Shown here: positions 47,818 through 58,424 of the stretch, piece by piece
Position numbering within the stretch: the stretch's first letter is position 1
Layout of the letters: each line of letters begins with the position of its first letter
Source: Lysobacterales bacterium
Lineage (GTDB): Bacteria; Pseudomonadota; Gammaproteobacteria; Xanthomonadales; SZUA-5
NCBI GenBank assembly: GCA_022844165.1
Contig: JALHMH010000003.1
Span: forward strand, 128,001-192,000
Reading direction: 5' to 3'
DNA length: 64,000 bases
Program-made: the position numbers and the translations under genes
Notes under the pieces: generated by a model
Database searches by the model: none
What the model saw: the letters and a program-made list of their open reading frames with translations, nothing else
Told to the model about the DNA's origin: nothing

Positions 47818-48945
47818 CTAGCGCAGATCCGCCAGTTCCATCTCAATCAAGCCGCGATCCGGTGCATTGGGTGCCAGTTCCAGGTAACGCCGGAGCGCTT
47901 TCGCGGCGCTCGCAGAATCGCCCAGTTTGACCAGCACCAATCCCAGACCCCGCCACGAACGCGCAGGCGCGTTCGGATCACCCAGCGATGTTTCGTAGTG
48001 TCTTCTTGCCAGCGCCAAATCGCCTTCCCGTGCACGGCGGCGATACATCTCGCCAGTTGCATATTCGATCTCCGCGGGCGCAAACGGCAGTCCTCGCAAG
48101 CGCGCTAATAACACCTGCGTTTGTCCGTAATGGCGACGCCCCACTTCGTCTTCCAGCCAATCCAGGCGATGCGGCGCGATGACCGAATGGAATGCTTCCG
48201 CGCGCGTTTCGCCGCCGCGGGTGGCGGCCTTCTTCAGCCGTTCGGCGCGTTGTGCGCTCGGCGGATGTGTGGCAAAAATACCGGACGAAAGTTTCCGCTC
48301 GCGCGCCTGCTCTTCGCGCCAGATGTCGGCCCATGATTGCCCGGCGCGATGCGTGTCGTAACCTAACTCGGCGAGGCGCTTGAGGCCGTAGTCGTCTGCC
48401 GCGCGCTCCTGATCGCGCGAAAAGGCGAAGGCCGGCGCCAAGGCACCTAACCCGGCGACGGTCGCGAGCGCGGAGCCGCCGACAGCGCCGCCGACAACCT
48501 GCAGGGCAATCGACGCATTTGCCGAAGACTTCATCTGTCGCCATCGCGTCAGTGAATCGCGCGACAACAAATGGCTCATTTCGTGGCCGAGCACGAACAG
48601 CAGTTGCGCTTCGTCCTCCATGCGCAACAGCAAACCCGTGAACACCACCATGGCGCCGTTAGGCGACATCAGCGCGTTGAAGTACGGCTCGCGGATCAGA
48701 TAGATGCGCACGTCTGCGCAGCGCTGTGCGTCGATCTTGCAAAGGAGGTCGCGAAGATAGGCATCCAACACCGGGTCGCGCAGCCGCGCGGCACGTGCAG
48801 CGATGCGTTCTTCGAACGCGTCTGCCTGATGCAGCAGTCCTGCTTCATCGGCGTCAGGCGTGGCGTATAGAGCGGTGGAACTCAGGTACAGCCACAACAC
48901 CAGCAGGCGCGCAGCGCGAGCCGCGCTATTCGCGCTGTTGCTCAC
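47818..48945 (-). CDS. M48 family metallopeptidase with a C-terminal TPR
   Basis: FNA.M.PNG..VVFTGLL, VLGHEMSH (HExxH), FSRDQERAAD, FATHP..R; TPR helices. Confidence 0.92.
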   Translation of the reverse strand: MSNSANSAARAARLLVLWLYLSSTALYATPDADEAGLLHQADAFEERIAARAARLRDPVLDAYLRDLLCKIDAQRCADVRIYLIREPYFNALMSPNGAMVVFTGLLLRMEDEAQLLFVLGHEMSHLLSRDSLTRWRQMKSSANASIALQVVGGAVGGSALATVAGLGALAPAFAFSRDQERAADDYGLKRLAELGYDTHRAGQSWADIWREEQARERKLSSGIFATHPPSAQRAERLKKAATRGGETRAEAFHSVIAPHRLDWLEDEVGRRHYGQTQVLLARLRGLPFAPAEIEYATGEMYRRRAREGDLALARRHYETSLGDPNAPARSWRGLGLVLVKLGDSASAAKALRRYLELAPNAPDRGLIEMELADLR

Positions 48946-49631
48946 AGCGGCGCGCCAGCGAGCAGCAACTCAATCGACTCCCGCGCTTTGTCCAACGCGC
49001 GCAGATCGCCGCGCTCGGAGGCGAGAACATTGAACCAGACGATCGCGCCGCTATCGAGATCGACCAGCGACGCAAAACCGACTTGCTGACCGAGCGATAC
49101 GCCAACGCCCACCAGTGCGAGCGCCATCATCGCCTTGCGACCATCGGTTGCATACGAATCGCGCAAGTAAACGAAGAGGCCGTAGCGGGCGCTGGCATCG
49201 AGTGCTCGGGCGCCGCTCCCGAGCGTCCAATCGAAACCGGTCTTGTGCGCTAACTTGCCGGTGCCAAGGCCATGCAGCATCACGCTGTAGCCAACCATTT
49301 CATGCAGTAGCGTGAGCTGCCGCGCACGTTCTGGATCGCCAAGTGCCTGAAAGTTGTCGATCGTCCGCGCTTTGGCGCCGCGCTGCTTCAAGGCTTGCTC
49401 AAGCGCGGTCCGGACGTGAGCTTCCGCTGCCAGCGTCCAATCGGCGCGAACCTCCTGCAGCCCGGAAGCGAGCAAAGACGACAGTTCGACATCCGGCGGC
49501 AGAATCACAATCTCTGCACCGCGGCCCAGCTGGGCGTCTTCCGCCACGCCGCTGGCGCGCTCGTTGCGCGTCACCGCACAGGCGTTCAACAGCAGAGCGA
49601 TCAACAAAAGGCGACAACGGATCCTGGTCAT
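48942..49631 (-). CDS. Hypothetical lipoprotein
   Basis: Lipobox LLNAC; GQQVGFASLVDLDSGAIVWFN..GDLR; 4-nt overlaps with hisIE and the M48 gene. Confidence 0.8.
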   Translation of the reverse strand: MTRIRCRLLLIALLLNACAVTRNERASGVAEDAQLGRGAEIVILPPDVELSSLLASGLQEVRADWTLAAEAHVRTALEQALKQRGAKARTIDNFQALGDPERARQLTLLHEMVGYSVMLHGLGTGKLAHKTGFDWTLGSGARALDASARYGLFVYLRDSYATDGRKAMMALALVGVGVSLGQQVGFASLVDLDSGAIVWFNVLASERGDLRALDKARESIELLLAGAPL

Positions 49632-50230
49632 GCTCGGTGACGCTCACGAAGTACACCGATCACATCATCCAGCGACAGGCCGCGTGCCTGCAACAGCACC
49701 AGTAGATGAAACAGAAGATCGGCGGATTCACCGAGCAGTTCCCGGTCCGACTGGGCGACGCCAGCGAGTGCGGTTTCGACCCCTTCTTCGCCGACCTTTT
49801 GCGCGATTTTATGCAGGCCACGTTCGAACAGTTTGGTGGTGTACGAGCCTTCTGGGCGCTGCTTGTCGCGTTCGGCCACCAGGCGCATCAGCGCGCCGAG
49901 AAACGCCAGTGGCGGACCGGGAAAGTCGCCGAAACACGTCGTCGTCCCGGTATGGCAGGTGGGCCCGTGTGGACGCGCATGGATTAGAATGGTGTCACCG
50001 TCGCAGTCCAGGTAAGCGTCGATCAACTCCAATACATTGCCGCTGGTTTCGCCCTTCGTCCAAAGCCGTTTCTTGCTGCGCGAGTAGAAGGTCACCTGCC
50101 TGGATTCGAGCGTCGCCGCGAGCGCCGCAGCGTTCATGTAGCCGAGCATCAACACTTGCGCGGTGCTGATGTCCTGCACCACCGCTGGCACCAGACCTTT
50201 ACTGAAATCGACTTGCTGAAGCTCAAGCAT
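49628..50230 (-). CDS. hisIE: Phosphoribosyl-AMP cyclohydrolase / phosphoribosyl-ATP diphosphatase
   Basis: [57 protein letters not shown]. Confidence 0.97.
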   Translation of the reverse strand: MLELQQVDFSKGLVPAVVQDISTAQVLMLGYMNAAALAATLESRQVTFYSRSKKRLWTKGETSGNVLELIDAYLDCDGDTILIHARPHGPTCHTGTTTCFGDFPGPPLAFLGALMRLVAERDKQRPEGSYTTKLFERGLHKIAQKVGEEGVETALAGVAQSDRELLGESADLLFHLLVLLQARGLSLDDVIGVLRERHRA

Positions 50231-51020
50231 GCGCGGGCTCCGGTGGCCGAATGGCGTGGCCTCGATCGAGCAAGTACAACTTCAACGCCGGAATCTCCAC
50301 CTCGCCCGAGTGGAACACGCTGGCGGCCAGTGCGCCATCGACATCGGCCAGGGCGAAGGCGTTGGCAAAATGTTCCGGTGCGCCAGCGCCACCGGAGGCG
50401 ATTAACGGCACCTCGCAAATTGCTCGGACCGCCTTGAGTTGCTCCAGATCGTAGCCCCGCCGTTCACCATCGACATTCATGCAGTTGAGGACAATTTCGC
50501 CGGCACCCAGTTCCTGCGCCTGACGCACCCAATCGAGGGTGCGAATTGACAGTTGTTGCGTCTTGTTGGGATCGCCAGTGTACCGGTTGACGCGCCACTC
50601 GCTGTCAATGCGTTTGCTGTCGATGCCGACCACCACGCACTGCGCGCCGAATTCGTCCGACAGTTCCCGGATCAATGCTGGTCGCTCCAGCGCCGGTGTG
50701 TTGACGCTGATTTTGTCGGCGCCGGCGAACAGGACTTCGCGCGCATCCGTGATGCTGCGGATCCCGCCGGCTACGCAAAATGGGATATCGATGGCGCGCG
50801 CCACGCGCTCGACCCAGGTCCGATCGACACTGCGACCTTCCGGGCTGGCAGTGATGTCGTAGAACACCAGCTCATCCGCGCCCGCATCGCGGTAGCGCAT
50901 TGCCAGATCGAGGATGTCGCCCATCACCACGTGGTCGCGAAAACGCACGCCTTTGACAACTTTGCCGTCGCGCACGTCCAGGCACGGGATGAGGCGACGG
51001 GTGAGCTGGGTTGTAGTCAT
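50223..51020 (-). CDS. hisF: Imidazole glycerol phosphate synthase cyclase subunit
   Basis: [57 protein letters not shown]. Start 51020 or 51065. Confidence 0.97.
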   Translation of the reverse strand: MTTTQLTRRLIPCLDVRDGKVVKGVRFRDHVVMGDILDLAMRYRDAGADELVFYDITASPEGRSVDRTWVERVARAIDIPFCVAGGIRSITDAREVLFAGADKISVNTPALERPALIRELSDEFGAQCVVVGIDSKRIDSEWRVNRYTGDPNKTQQLSIRTLDWVRQAQELGAGEIVLNCMNVDGERRGYDLEQLKAVRAICEVPLIASGGAGAPEHFANAFALADVDGALAASVFHSGEVEIPALKLYLLDRGHAIRPPEPAHA

Positions 51021-51061
51021 GGTGGATGGTCGTTGGTTGTTGGAGGGCGATATGGACGACG

Positions 51062-51793
51062 TCATTCGGCTTGATGCAGCGCATCGGGCACACCGAATCT
51101 CCCGTCCAACAGCGCCTTGCCGATCACCACCGCCGCTGCGCCCGCCGCACGTAGCGCGCGCAGATCAGCAAGCGCGTGCACACCGCCGGAGGCAACCAAG
51201 TGGGCGTTCGCAAAACGCGCCGCAAGACTGCGATACAGCGCTACATTCGGCCCGCCGAGCATGCCGTCGCGATCGATGTCGGTGACCAGGAAGTGCCTCG
51301 CGCCTTTGGCAAGCCATGCGGCCGTCGTCGATTCGAGATCGGCGGTTTCAAGCTCGGTCCAACCCGCGGTGGCGATCCGGAACACGCCGCCAGCATCGGC
51401 GCGCGCATCGAGCGCCAGCGTAAGGCGCTCGGCGCCGAACTCGTCAAACCATTGCGCGACCAGCTGCGGCTGTTTGACCGCCAGCGAACCGACGACAACG
51501 CGCTCGACACCCGCTTTAAGAAACGCATCGAGTTGCGCGCGTGAGCGCACGCCGCCGCCGGCCTGCACGCGCAGACCGGTGGCCACCATGCGTTCGATCA
51601 CCGCGAGGTTCTCGGTGCTGCCGGTCTTGGCGCCGTCGAGATCGACCACGTGCAACCACTGCGCGCCTTGATCGCGATACGTTCTCGCCAGTTCTACAGG
51701 ATCGTTGGCATAGGTTTGCTGCTGCGCGAAGTCGCCCTGCAGCAAACGCACGACGCGCTGGGCGCGCAAGTCGATGGCCGGGATAATGATCAT
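51062..51793 (-). CDS. hisA: ProFAR isomerase
   Basis: IIPAIDL...[45 protein letters not shown]. Confidence 0.97.
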   Translation of the reverse strand: MIIIPAIDLRAQRVVRLLQGDFAQQQTYANDPVELARTYRDQGAQWLHVVDLDGAKTGSTENLAVIERMVATGLRVQAGGGVRSRAQLDAFLKAGVERVVVGSLAVKQPQLVAQWFDEFGAERLTLALDARADAGGVFRIATAGWTELETADLESTTAAWLAKGARHFLVTDIDRDGMLGGPNVALYRSLAARFANAHLVASGGVHALADLRALRAAGAAAVVIGKALLDGRFGVPDALHQAE

Positions 51794-52389
51794 GACATCG
51801 CCAGAAAGTTGCGGATCAAACGGGCGCCGACGGCTGAAGAGCGCTCGGGGTGAAATTGCGCAGCCATGAAGTTGCCGCGGGCCACAATGGCGCAGAACGG
51901 CTGGCCGTGCTGGCAGGACGCCAGCGTCAACTCGCTGACCGGCGCGGCAAAGCTATGCACGAAATACGCGTACGAACGCTCGTCGAGACCGGCGATCAGC
52001 GGATGCTCGCGCAATATTTGCAGCGCATTCCAACCCATATGCGGCACGCGCGCCGCAGCGCTGGCTTCGAGGCGTCGGATCGTGCCATCGAACAATCCCA
52101 GGCAGCGCGTCTGGCCACCCTCGTCCGACGTTGAGAATAGCAACTGCATGCCCAGACAAACGCCGAGCACCGGCTGCTTGAGCGTTGGCAGACGCGTCGA
52201 CAAACCCAACGCATCCAACTCACGCATCGCCGCGGCAGCGGCGCCGACGCCCGGCAAAATTACCCGCGGCGCACGCGCAATCTCGTTCCAGTCGCGCGTC
52301 ACCGTCACGTGCGCACCCTCGCGCTCGAGCGCGGCGCGCATTGAGCCGATGTTGGCAACGCCGGAGTCGATCAGGGCGACGGGCGTCAT
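51790..52389 (-). CDS. hisH: Imidazole glycerol phosphate synthase glutaminase subunit
   Basis: IDSG.AN..S, ILPGVG, LGVCLGMQLL, VPHMGWN, YFVHSF, QFHPERS. Confidence 0.97.
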   Translation of the reverse strand: MTPVALIDSGVANIGSMRAALEREGAHVTVTRDWNEIARAPRVILPGVGAAAAAMRELDALGLSTRLPTLKQPVLGVCLGMQLLFSTSDEGGQTRCLGLFDGTIRRLEASAAARVPHMGWNALQILREHPLIAGLDERSYAYFVHSFAAPVSELTLASCQHGQPFCAIVARGNFMAAQFHPERSSAVGARLIRNFLAMS

Positions 52390-52418
52390 GGCTGTTGCGC
52401 CGCGTTGTCGAGCAAGAG

Positions 52419-52548
52419 CGGGACACGGTACACGGGGCACGCAACCGCCCCCCCTGGCATTCGAATCACATCCGTCGCAACCTCGGGCCATGCTCTGTGT
52501 GCCCGGTGCCGCGTGCCGCGTGCCGCGTGCCCCGTGCCCCGTGCCCCG
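52419..52548. repeat. Inverted heptamer tandem-repeat arrays, second copy
   Basis: CGGGACA CGGTACA CGGGGCA CG at 52419-52441 and (GTGCCSC)n at 52499-52548; lies between hisB and hisH. Confidence 0.85.
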
Positions 52549-52573
52549 CCTTTCTCGTCCGCCCCGCGCCGCA

Positions 52574-53635
52574 TCACAACACCCCCTTGGTACTCGGCAC
52601 CGCGTCCCCGCTGCGCCGCGTCGCCACGCGCAGCGTACGCGCGAGCACCTTGAAGCAGGCCTCGACCATGTGATGCGCGTTGTCGCCGCGAACGGTCAGA
52701 TGCAGATTGGCGCCGAGCGTTTCGCACAGCGAGCGGAAAAAGTGCGGCACCAATTCGGTTGGCAGCTCACCAACGCGCTCGCGCGGGAACGTGCCGTCGA
52801 ACACAAAGTATGGACGTCCCGATAAATCGAGCGCTGCGCTGGCCAGGGTTTCGTCCATCGGCAGCGTGAACGCATAACGCTCGATACCACGTTTGTCGCC
52901 GAGCGCAGATTTGAGCGCCTGTCCCAACGCGAGCGCGCTGTCTTCGACCGTGTGGTGCTCGTCGATGTGTAAATCGCCCTTGCAGCTGAGCGCCAGTTTA
53001 AAGCCACCATGGCGCCCGATTTGCTCGAGCATATGGTCGAAAAACCCCAGGCCGGTCTGGACTTCCGGCAGTGCTTCGCGATCCAGATCGATCTCGACGC
53101 GAACGCGCGTTTCCTTGGTGTTGCGCTCAATCACTGCAACCCGCGGCGCATTCAGCAGGCGGTGCGCAATTTCGGGCCAAGGCAATCCCTCCGTGCCGCA
53201 GCGTATGCCGGTCACGCCCATGTTCTTTGCGAATTCCAGATCCGTCAGGCGATCGCCCACCATCGCGCTGCATTTCCGATCCCAGCCAGGATCGGCCAGA
53301 TAGTCGAGCATCATCCCGACCTTGGGTTTGCGCGTATCAGAGGGTTGATGCGCAAAATGCCGATCGATGCGTTCGCTGGCGAAGGTGATCCCTTGCGAGC
53401 GCAGTACATCAAGCATCAGGTTGTGCGCGGGCCAAAAAGTGTCTTCGGGAAAGCTCTCGGTACCAAGACCGTCCTGATTGCTCACGAGCACCAGCTCATA
53501 CCCGGCATCGACGATGCGCTTGAGCGCCGGGATGACCTGTGGCAGAAACTTCAGCTTCTCGATGGCGTCGATCTGCTGATCCGGTGGTTCTTCGATCAGA
53601 CAACCGTCGCGGTCGATGAAAAGGATTTTGCGCAT
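52574..53635 (-). CDS. hisB: Bifunctional histidinol-phosphatase / imidazoleglycerol-phosphate dehydratase
   Basis: [25 protein letters not shown]; [39 protein letters not shown]. Confidence 0.97.
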   Translation of the reverse strand: MRKILFIDRDGCLIEEPPDQQIDAIEKLKFLPQVIPALKRIVDAGYELVLVSNQDGLGTESFPEDTFWPAHNLMLDVLRSQGITFASERIDRHFAHQPSDTRKPKVGMMLDYLADPGWDRKCSAMVGDRLTDLEFAKNMGVTGIRCGTEGLPWPEIAHRLLNAPRVAVIERNTKETRVRVEIDLDREALPEVQTGLGFFDHMLEQIGRHGGFKLALSCKGDLHIDEHHTVEDSALALGQALKSALGDKRGIERYAFTLPMDETLASAALDLSGRPYFVFDGTFPRERVGELPTELVPHFFRSLCETLGANLHLTVRGDNAHHMVEACFKVLARTLRVATRRSGDAVPSTKGVL

Positions 53636-53719
53636 GGATTTCTCTTGCCTCTTTCTCCGTCGCTATCGCGCGACGCCTTTGTCTGTTCCCGCAAGCCTCC
53701 AGCGCCGGCGGCAACGGCC

Positions 53720-54784
53720 TCACGCCAGCACGCGACCCACTGCTTCCAGAAACTGATCGTTTTCGACAGGCGATCCGATCGTCACCCGCAAGCCGCCAGC
53801 GAGCTTCAAATAGTGCGATACGTCGCGGATCAGTACGCCCTGATCGGCCAGTTGATTCCAGATCGACCTCGCGTCATCCACCTGGAATGCCAGGAAGTTG
53901 GCGCGACTGGGCCATACGCGGCGTATGTCGCGTATGCCCGTCAGTGCTCCGTAGACGCGCTCGCGTTCCTGCACGGTTGCAGCAATGCGCGCCTGATGCT
54001 CGTCGCGAACCGCGAGCGCCTTCAGTGCCGCATCGACGCAGGGCGTCGGCAGTGGATAAGGCGCCATGATCCGGCGCACGAGGCCAATGATCTCCTCGTG
54101 TGCGATCAGCGTACCCAGGCGCGCGCCCGCTAAAGCGTATGCCTTCGACATCGTGCGCAGCACGCAGACGTGCGGATAGCGATCGATCAGGCCCACGGCG
54201 CTCTCGCTTCCGGCGTATTCCAGATAGGCTTCGTCGACCACCACGAGCGCGCGACCGGCCAGCGCGGCTGCCAATCGTTCGATATCCGCAAGCGGCACCC
54301 GCGAACCCGTCGGATTGTTCGGGGTGCACACGTAAACCAGCTTCACCGGCGCTGCGAGCGCTGCGGTGATCAGTCGGTCGACATTGAGGCGAAAGTCGGT
54401 ATCCGCTGTCAGCGGCTCGCTGATGACGCTGGCGCCTTGCACGCCGGCTGCCACTGCGTACATCCCGAAGGTGGGCGGCGAGATCAGCACCGCGTCTTGC
54501 CCGGCGCGACAGAAGGCGCGCGTCAACAAATCGATGGCCTCATCGCTGCCGCGGCCGACGAACACGCATTCGGGGCGGGTGCCGTATAGCGCTGCCAGTG
54601 TATCCATCAAGGAGCGCGGTTGCGGATCGGGATAGCGATTCAAGCCGAGCAGATCGCCGACAAAAGGCAACGTTGGCGACTCGTTGGCGTTCAACATCAC
54701 ACTCGCCCGGCCCGCCTCCAGGCGCGCCGAGCTGTAGGCTTTCAGCGTCAGCAGCTCGGGCCGTGCGAGCGCCAATACGCTCAC
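53720..54784 (-). CDS. hisC: Histidinol-phosphate aminotransferase
   Basis: GTG start overlapping the hisD stop; [48 protein letters not shown]. Confidence 0.97.
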   Translation of the reverse strand: MSVLALARPELLTLKAYSSARLEAGRASVMLNANESPTLPFVGDLLGLNRYPDPQPRSLMDTLAALYGTRPECVFVGRGSDEAIDLLTRAFCRAGQDAVLISPPTFGMYAVAAGVQGASVISEPLTADTDFRLNVDRLITAALAAPVKLVYVCTPNNPTGSRVPLADIERLAAALAGRALVVVDEAYLEYAGSESAVGLIDRYPHVCVLRTMSKAYALAGARLGTLIAHEEIIGLVRRIMAPYPLPTPCVDAALKALAVRDEHQARIAATVQERERVYGALTGIRDIRRVWPSRANFLAFQVDDARSIWNQLADQGVLIRDVSHYLKLAGGLRVTIGSPVENDQFLEAVGRVLA

Positions 54785-56094
54785 GGGCGACCTTCCTGTG
54801 CGATCGCCGTCAGGCGTACCTGAACGGCAAGCGCGTGTGCCTCCAGACCTTCCGCTTCGGCCAGCGTGATGGCGGCGGGGCCTACGGCTCTGAGTCCCTC
54901 TGCGCTGGCCTCCTGTACGGTGACGAGCTTTTGAAAACTCTGCACCGATACGCCGCTCAGCGTGCGCGCATGCCCGTTGGTTGGCAGCACGTGATTGGTG
55001 CCGCTGGTGTAGTCGCCAAGCGACTCGGGTGTGTAGCGGCCCAAGAACACTGACCCGGCGTTTTCGACATTCAACAGCAGGCGCCGTGGATCGGCGACAT
55101 TCAAGATCAGATGTTCCGGCGCGTAGTCGTTGGCGATGGCTACCGCCTCTTCCAGCGAATCGACGCAGATCGAGCGGCTGTGGCGCAGCGCCTGACGGGC
55201 AATATCGGCGCGCGGCAGGGTTTCGAGCAAATCGTCGATCGCTTCGACCACGCTGTCGGCCAGTTCGCCACACGGGCTGAGCAACAGCACCTGCGAATCC
55301 GCGCCATGTTCGGCCTGGCTGAGCAGATCGGCAGCGACAAAGCGTGCGTTTGCGGTGTTGTCGGCGATGACCAACACCTCCGAGGGTCCGGCCGGCATAT
55401 CGATCGCGGCACCAAAACTCTGCTGCGAGACCTGCAGTTTGGCCTCCGTGACGTAGCTGTTGCCGGGCCCAAATATCTTCGCCACCCTGGGTACGCTCGC
55501 CGTGCCATAGGCCATCGCCGCAATCGCCTGCACGCCGCCGAGTTTGTAGATCTCGCGGATGCCGCACGACCATGCCGCATACAACACCGCCGGATCGATG
55601 CTGCCGTCCTTACGCGGCGGCGAACACAAGGCGACACGTCTGCACCCAGCCAGGCGCGCGGGTACGCACAACATCAAAGCGGTCGACGGCAATGGCGCTG
55701 TGCCTGCGGGCACATACAGGCCGACGGCGGATATGGGCAGCGGCAGGCGCTCGCACATCAATCCTGGCGCCGTCGACAAGGCAATGGGGTGGGGGCGCGT
55801 TTCGCGGTGGAAGCGCTCGATGCGGATGCGTGATTCGTCGATTGCCTGCTTGAGTGCGCCGGGCAGCGCCGCTTCCGCAGCTGCGAACTCCGCGTCGTCG
55901 ACGCGGAACGCACCGATCTCGACACCATCGAAGCGTCGCGTCAACGCACGCAGCGTGGAATCGCCATCGCTGCGGACCTGCGCCAGCAATCGTGCCACTT
56001 GTTCCTTGAGATCGGCGCTGGACAGGCCTTCTGGGCGGGCAAGGGCTTGCGCACGCTCTGCGGCGTTCAAGGTAGACCAGGTCAGGCGTTTCAT
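54781..56094 (-). CDS. hisD: Histidinol dehydrogenase
   Basis: [69 protein letters not shown]. Confidence 0.97.
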   Translation of the reverse strand: MKRLTWSTLNAAERAQALARPEGLSSADLKEQVARLLAQVRSDGDSTLRALTRRFDGVEIGAFRVDDAEFAAAEAALPGALKQAIDESRIRIERFHRETRPHPIALSTAPGLMCERLPLPISAVGLYVPAGTAPLPSTALMLCVPARLAGCRRVALCSPPRKDGSIDPAVLYAAWSCGIREIYKLGGVQAIAAMAYGTASVPRVAKIFGPGNSYVTEAKLQVSQQSFGAAIDMPAGPSEVLVIADNTANARFVAADLLSQAEHGADSQVLLLSPCGELADSVVEAIDDLLETLPRADIARQALRHSRSICVDSLEEAVAIANDYAPEHLILNVADPRRLLLNVENAGSVFLGRYTPESLGDYTSGTNHVLPTNGHARTLSGVSVQSFQKLVTVQEASAEGLRAVGPAAITLAEAEGLEAHALAVQVRLTAIAQEGRP

Positions 56095-56978
56095 GACAGC
56101 AGGCTCTCCACAGGCAATACCATTAACTGGCTGGCGCCGCCCTTTTTCAGTGCTTCCAGGTGTGTCCAGGTCACTGCCTCATGGCACAGCGCCTGCACCG
56201 TAATGCCACCCTGTCGCGCCAGCACATTCGGCGTCGCGCCGCGTGGCAACAGCGGGAGTAGCGCAGCAAGATCGCTCTGCGCTGCGTTCAGTATCAGGAG
56301 CTTCGATTCGCGTACACGAATCACGCCATCGATACGCCGCAGCAGCAGCTCGGCGTATTCGGCGCGTTCATCGAGCGGTGTGGCGCTACCGATCAACACC
56401 GCCTGACTGTCGAGAATCGAAGCGACCTCGCGCAGCTGGTTGGCGATCAGTGTGGCGCCCGACGACACCAGGTCGCAGATCGCATCGGCCGTTCCCAGGC
56501 GTGGCGCGATTTCCACCGAGCCGTTCAGCACAACCACGTCCGCTGCCACCTCATGGCGTTTCAAGTAGTCCCCGAGCAAGTGCGGGTAACTGGTTGCGAT
56601 GCGCAATCCGGCGAGCGACTGCGGGCCGTCGAAAGTATCTTCGTTGGGGACAGCGATCGACAGACGACAGCGCCCAAAGCCCAGCTCGCGAAGTTCCACG
56701 AATCCTGCGGTGCCGGTCGTTTGTGCTTCGATACGGCGCTCCTGTGCGACGTTGCGGCCAACGATGCCCATCTCACAAACGCCCTGCGCGATCAACCCCG
56801 GAATATCGTCGTCGCGCACCAGTAACAGATCAATCGGCAAGGTCTCGCCGAAGCAAAAGAGCTTGTCGCGACTCTGGCGGAACTTGAGTCCGCAGCGTTG
56901 CAGCAAGTCTTGCGACGACTCCGACAGTCGCCCGGATTTTTGCACTGCGATGCGCAGGCGATCGCGTGGTTTGCTCAT
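56091..56978 (-). CDS. hisG: ATP phosphoribosyltransferase (long form)
   Basis: AAGGA RBS; [49 protein letters not shown]. Confidence 0.97.
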   Translation of the reverse strand: MSKPRDRLRIAVQKSGRLSESSQDLLQRCGLKFRQSRDKLFCFGETLPIDLLLVRDDDIPGLIAQGVCEMGIVGRNVAQERRIEAQTTGTAGFVELRELGFGRCRLSIAVPNEDTFDGPQSLAGLRIATSYPHLLGDYLKRHEVAADVVVLNGSVEIAPRLGTADAICDLVSSGATLIANQLREVASILDSQAVLIGSATPLDERAEYAELLLRRIDGVIRVRESKLLILNAAQSDLAALLPLLPRGATPNVLARQGGITVQALCHEAVTWTHLEALKKGGASQLMVLPVESLLS

Positions 56979-57058
56979 GATGTTGTCCTTCGTGGCTACG
57001 CCGCCGTAACGCGCCGCAACCTGGGGTGTGGTGATGGTGGCCGCTACCGCCGCGGAAC

Positions 57059-57379
57059 TCAGGCCGGCTTCCGTTTTCGGCGCAGCCGCTCGCTCGCCAG
57101 TTGGTAACCGCTGTGATCCGCTGTGAGGCAACGCGCCACGCGCCCGATGGTGGTTACGCTCACTGCCGTCAGATCGTGAATGTCGCGGTACGGCACGCCC
57201 TCGACCAGATACGGCACCACCGACCACCGATCGGCCAGCGCTTCGAGTTCGGCGGGGGTCGTCAGATCCTTCAAAAAAGCATGCATCTCATCCACCGAAC
57301 GCAACGTCAACAGCGCTTCGCACAGCGCCGCTTCTGCATGCGACCTGGATGCCACCGGAGCCACGAATCGACGCTTCAT
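57059..57379 (-). CDS. YerC/YecD-family TrpR-like repressor (probable his regulator)
   Basis: FLKDLTTPAELEALADRW, G.PYR.I...T.VS.TTIGRVAR.L..GY; first gene of the his operon. Confidence 0.92.
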   Translation of the reverse strand: MKRRFVAPVASRSHAEAALCEALLTLRSVDEMHAFLKDLTTPAELEALADRWSVVPYLVEGVPYRDIHDLTAVSVTTIGRVARCLTADHSGYQLASERLRRKRKPA

Positions 57380-57381
57380 AG

Positions 57382-57401
57382 TGTAATAGCGCGTTAATAC
57401 A
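57382..57401. promoter_or_regulatory. Imperfect 20-bp palindrome TGTAATAGCGCGTTAATACA; putative operator of the YerC/TrpR-like repressor
   Basis: 8/10 arm symmetry; AT-rich in a GC-rich context; directly upstream of the repressor ATG and downstream of the predicted promoter. Confidence 0.7.
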
Positions 57402-57410
57402 TTGGCGCGG

Positions 57411-57439
57411 ACCATAGACGAGCGCCAGAGAGCCGTCAA
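57411..57439 (-). promoter_or_regulatory. Sigma70-type promoter of the his operon (TTGACG-N17-TATGGT)
   Basis: Minus strand -35 TTGACG at 57439-57434, 17-bp spacer, -10 TATGGT at 57416-57411. Confidence 0.65.
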
Positions 57440-57677
57440 GCGAACCGCGCAATCTGACCCGCATACTTCACGAGGTCGCGAGGAAATGGTTGATTTCGTA
57501 GCAACGGCGAGGAATTCTCGACGTTGATCGATACGACGGGCTGTACGCTGCCATTTCTTCGCTCAGGCGGCTGCGCTCCCAGCTTCGCTCCTCCGGCCAA
57601 CGTATCCATGCGTCGCGATTGCGGATGCGCGAGGGCAATTCGCAGCCGTACGCGGCGTGAAGGTCCCGCATTGAATC

Positions 57678-58424
57678 TCAGAGAGTCACGAGCGCCTGGC
57701 GCAGGATGGCGACCGCTCGCGCCATACCGATCTTCAGCGTGCGCTCGATGTCTTCCATCGTGATCTCCGCTTCTGGCCCACGCCCGGCGGCCCAATTGGC
57801 GCTGACCGCAAGACTGGCGTAGTCGATATCCAGCTCGCGAGCGAGCGCCGCCTCCGGCATCGCGGTCATGCCGACAACATCGCAACCGTCGCGATGCAGG
57901 CGCGCGATTTCGGCGCGGGTTTCCAGGCGCGGCCCCTGGGTGACCGCCATGACGCCGCCATCGTGCGCGCTCTCATGGCAGCGGCGCGCAGCGTCGAGCC
58001 AGATCTGGCGCAAACCTGGCGTGTAGGGCTCGGATAGATCAATGTGGCGGACCGCTTCGCCGTATTGATCGCTAAAGCTGCTGACCCGGCTATGTGTGTA
58101 GTCGATGATCTGATCGCAGACCACGAGTGCGCCCGGAGGTGCGATGTTGGAAATGCCGCCGACGGCGTTAATCGACAGCAGCGAATGCACGCCGACCTGC
58201 TTTAGCGCCCACAAGTTGGCGCGATAATTGACACGATGCGGCGCAAGTCGATGCGGATCGCCGTGGCGCGCGACGAACACGACTTCCACACCATCGAGCT
58301 TGCCGCGTTTGAGTGGGCTGGTAGGTTCGCCGAAAGGGGTCGACCAGGGTTCATGGCGAACGTCGGTCAGATCGGGCAGGTGGTAAAGGCCGGTGCCGGC
58401 GATGACGCCAATCGGATTGCTCAT
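57678..58424 (-). CDS. S-methyl-5'-thioinosine/thioadenosine phosphorylase (PNP/MTAP family)
   Basis: IGVIAGTG, TPFGEP, ARHG..H..APH.VNYRANLWAL, QGPRLET.AEI, VVGMT.MPEAALAREL, NWAAG. Confidence 0.93.
   Translation of the reverse strand: MSNPIGVIAGTGLYHLPDLTDVRHEPWSTPFGEPTSPLKRGKLDGVEVVFVARHGDPHRLAPHRVNYRANLWALKQVGVHSLLSINAVGGISNIAPPGALVVCDQIIDYTHSRVSSFSDQYGEAVRHIDLSEPYTPGLRQIWLDAARRCHESAHDGGVMAVTQGPRLETRAEIARLHRDGCDVVGMTAMPEAALARELDIDYASLAVSANWAAGRGPEAEITMEDIERTLKIGMARAVAILRQALVTL

Noticed and set aside
54785-55573. 617-aa HisC with a long N-terminal extension
   Set aside because: Alternative-frame overlap with hisD; the real start is the GTG at 54784.
57440-57677. Riboswitch, sRNA or leader peptide upstream of the his promoter
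   Set aside because: No recognisable aptamer consensus; the small ORF (57468-57671) has no His run; the region lies upstream of the predicted promoter.
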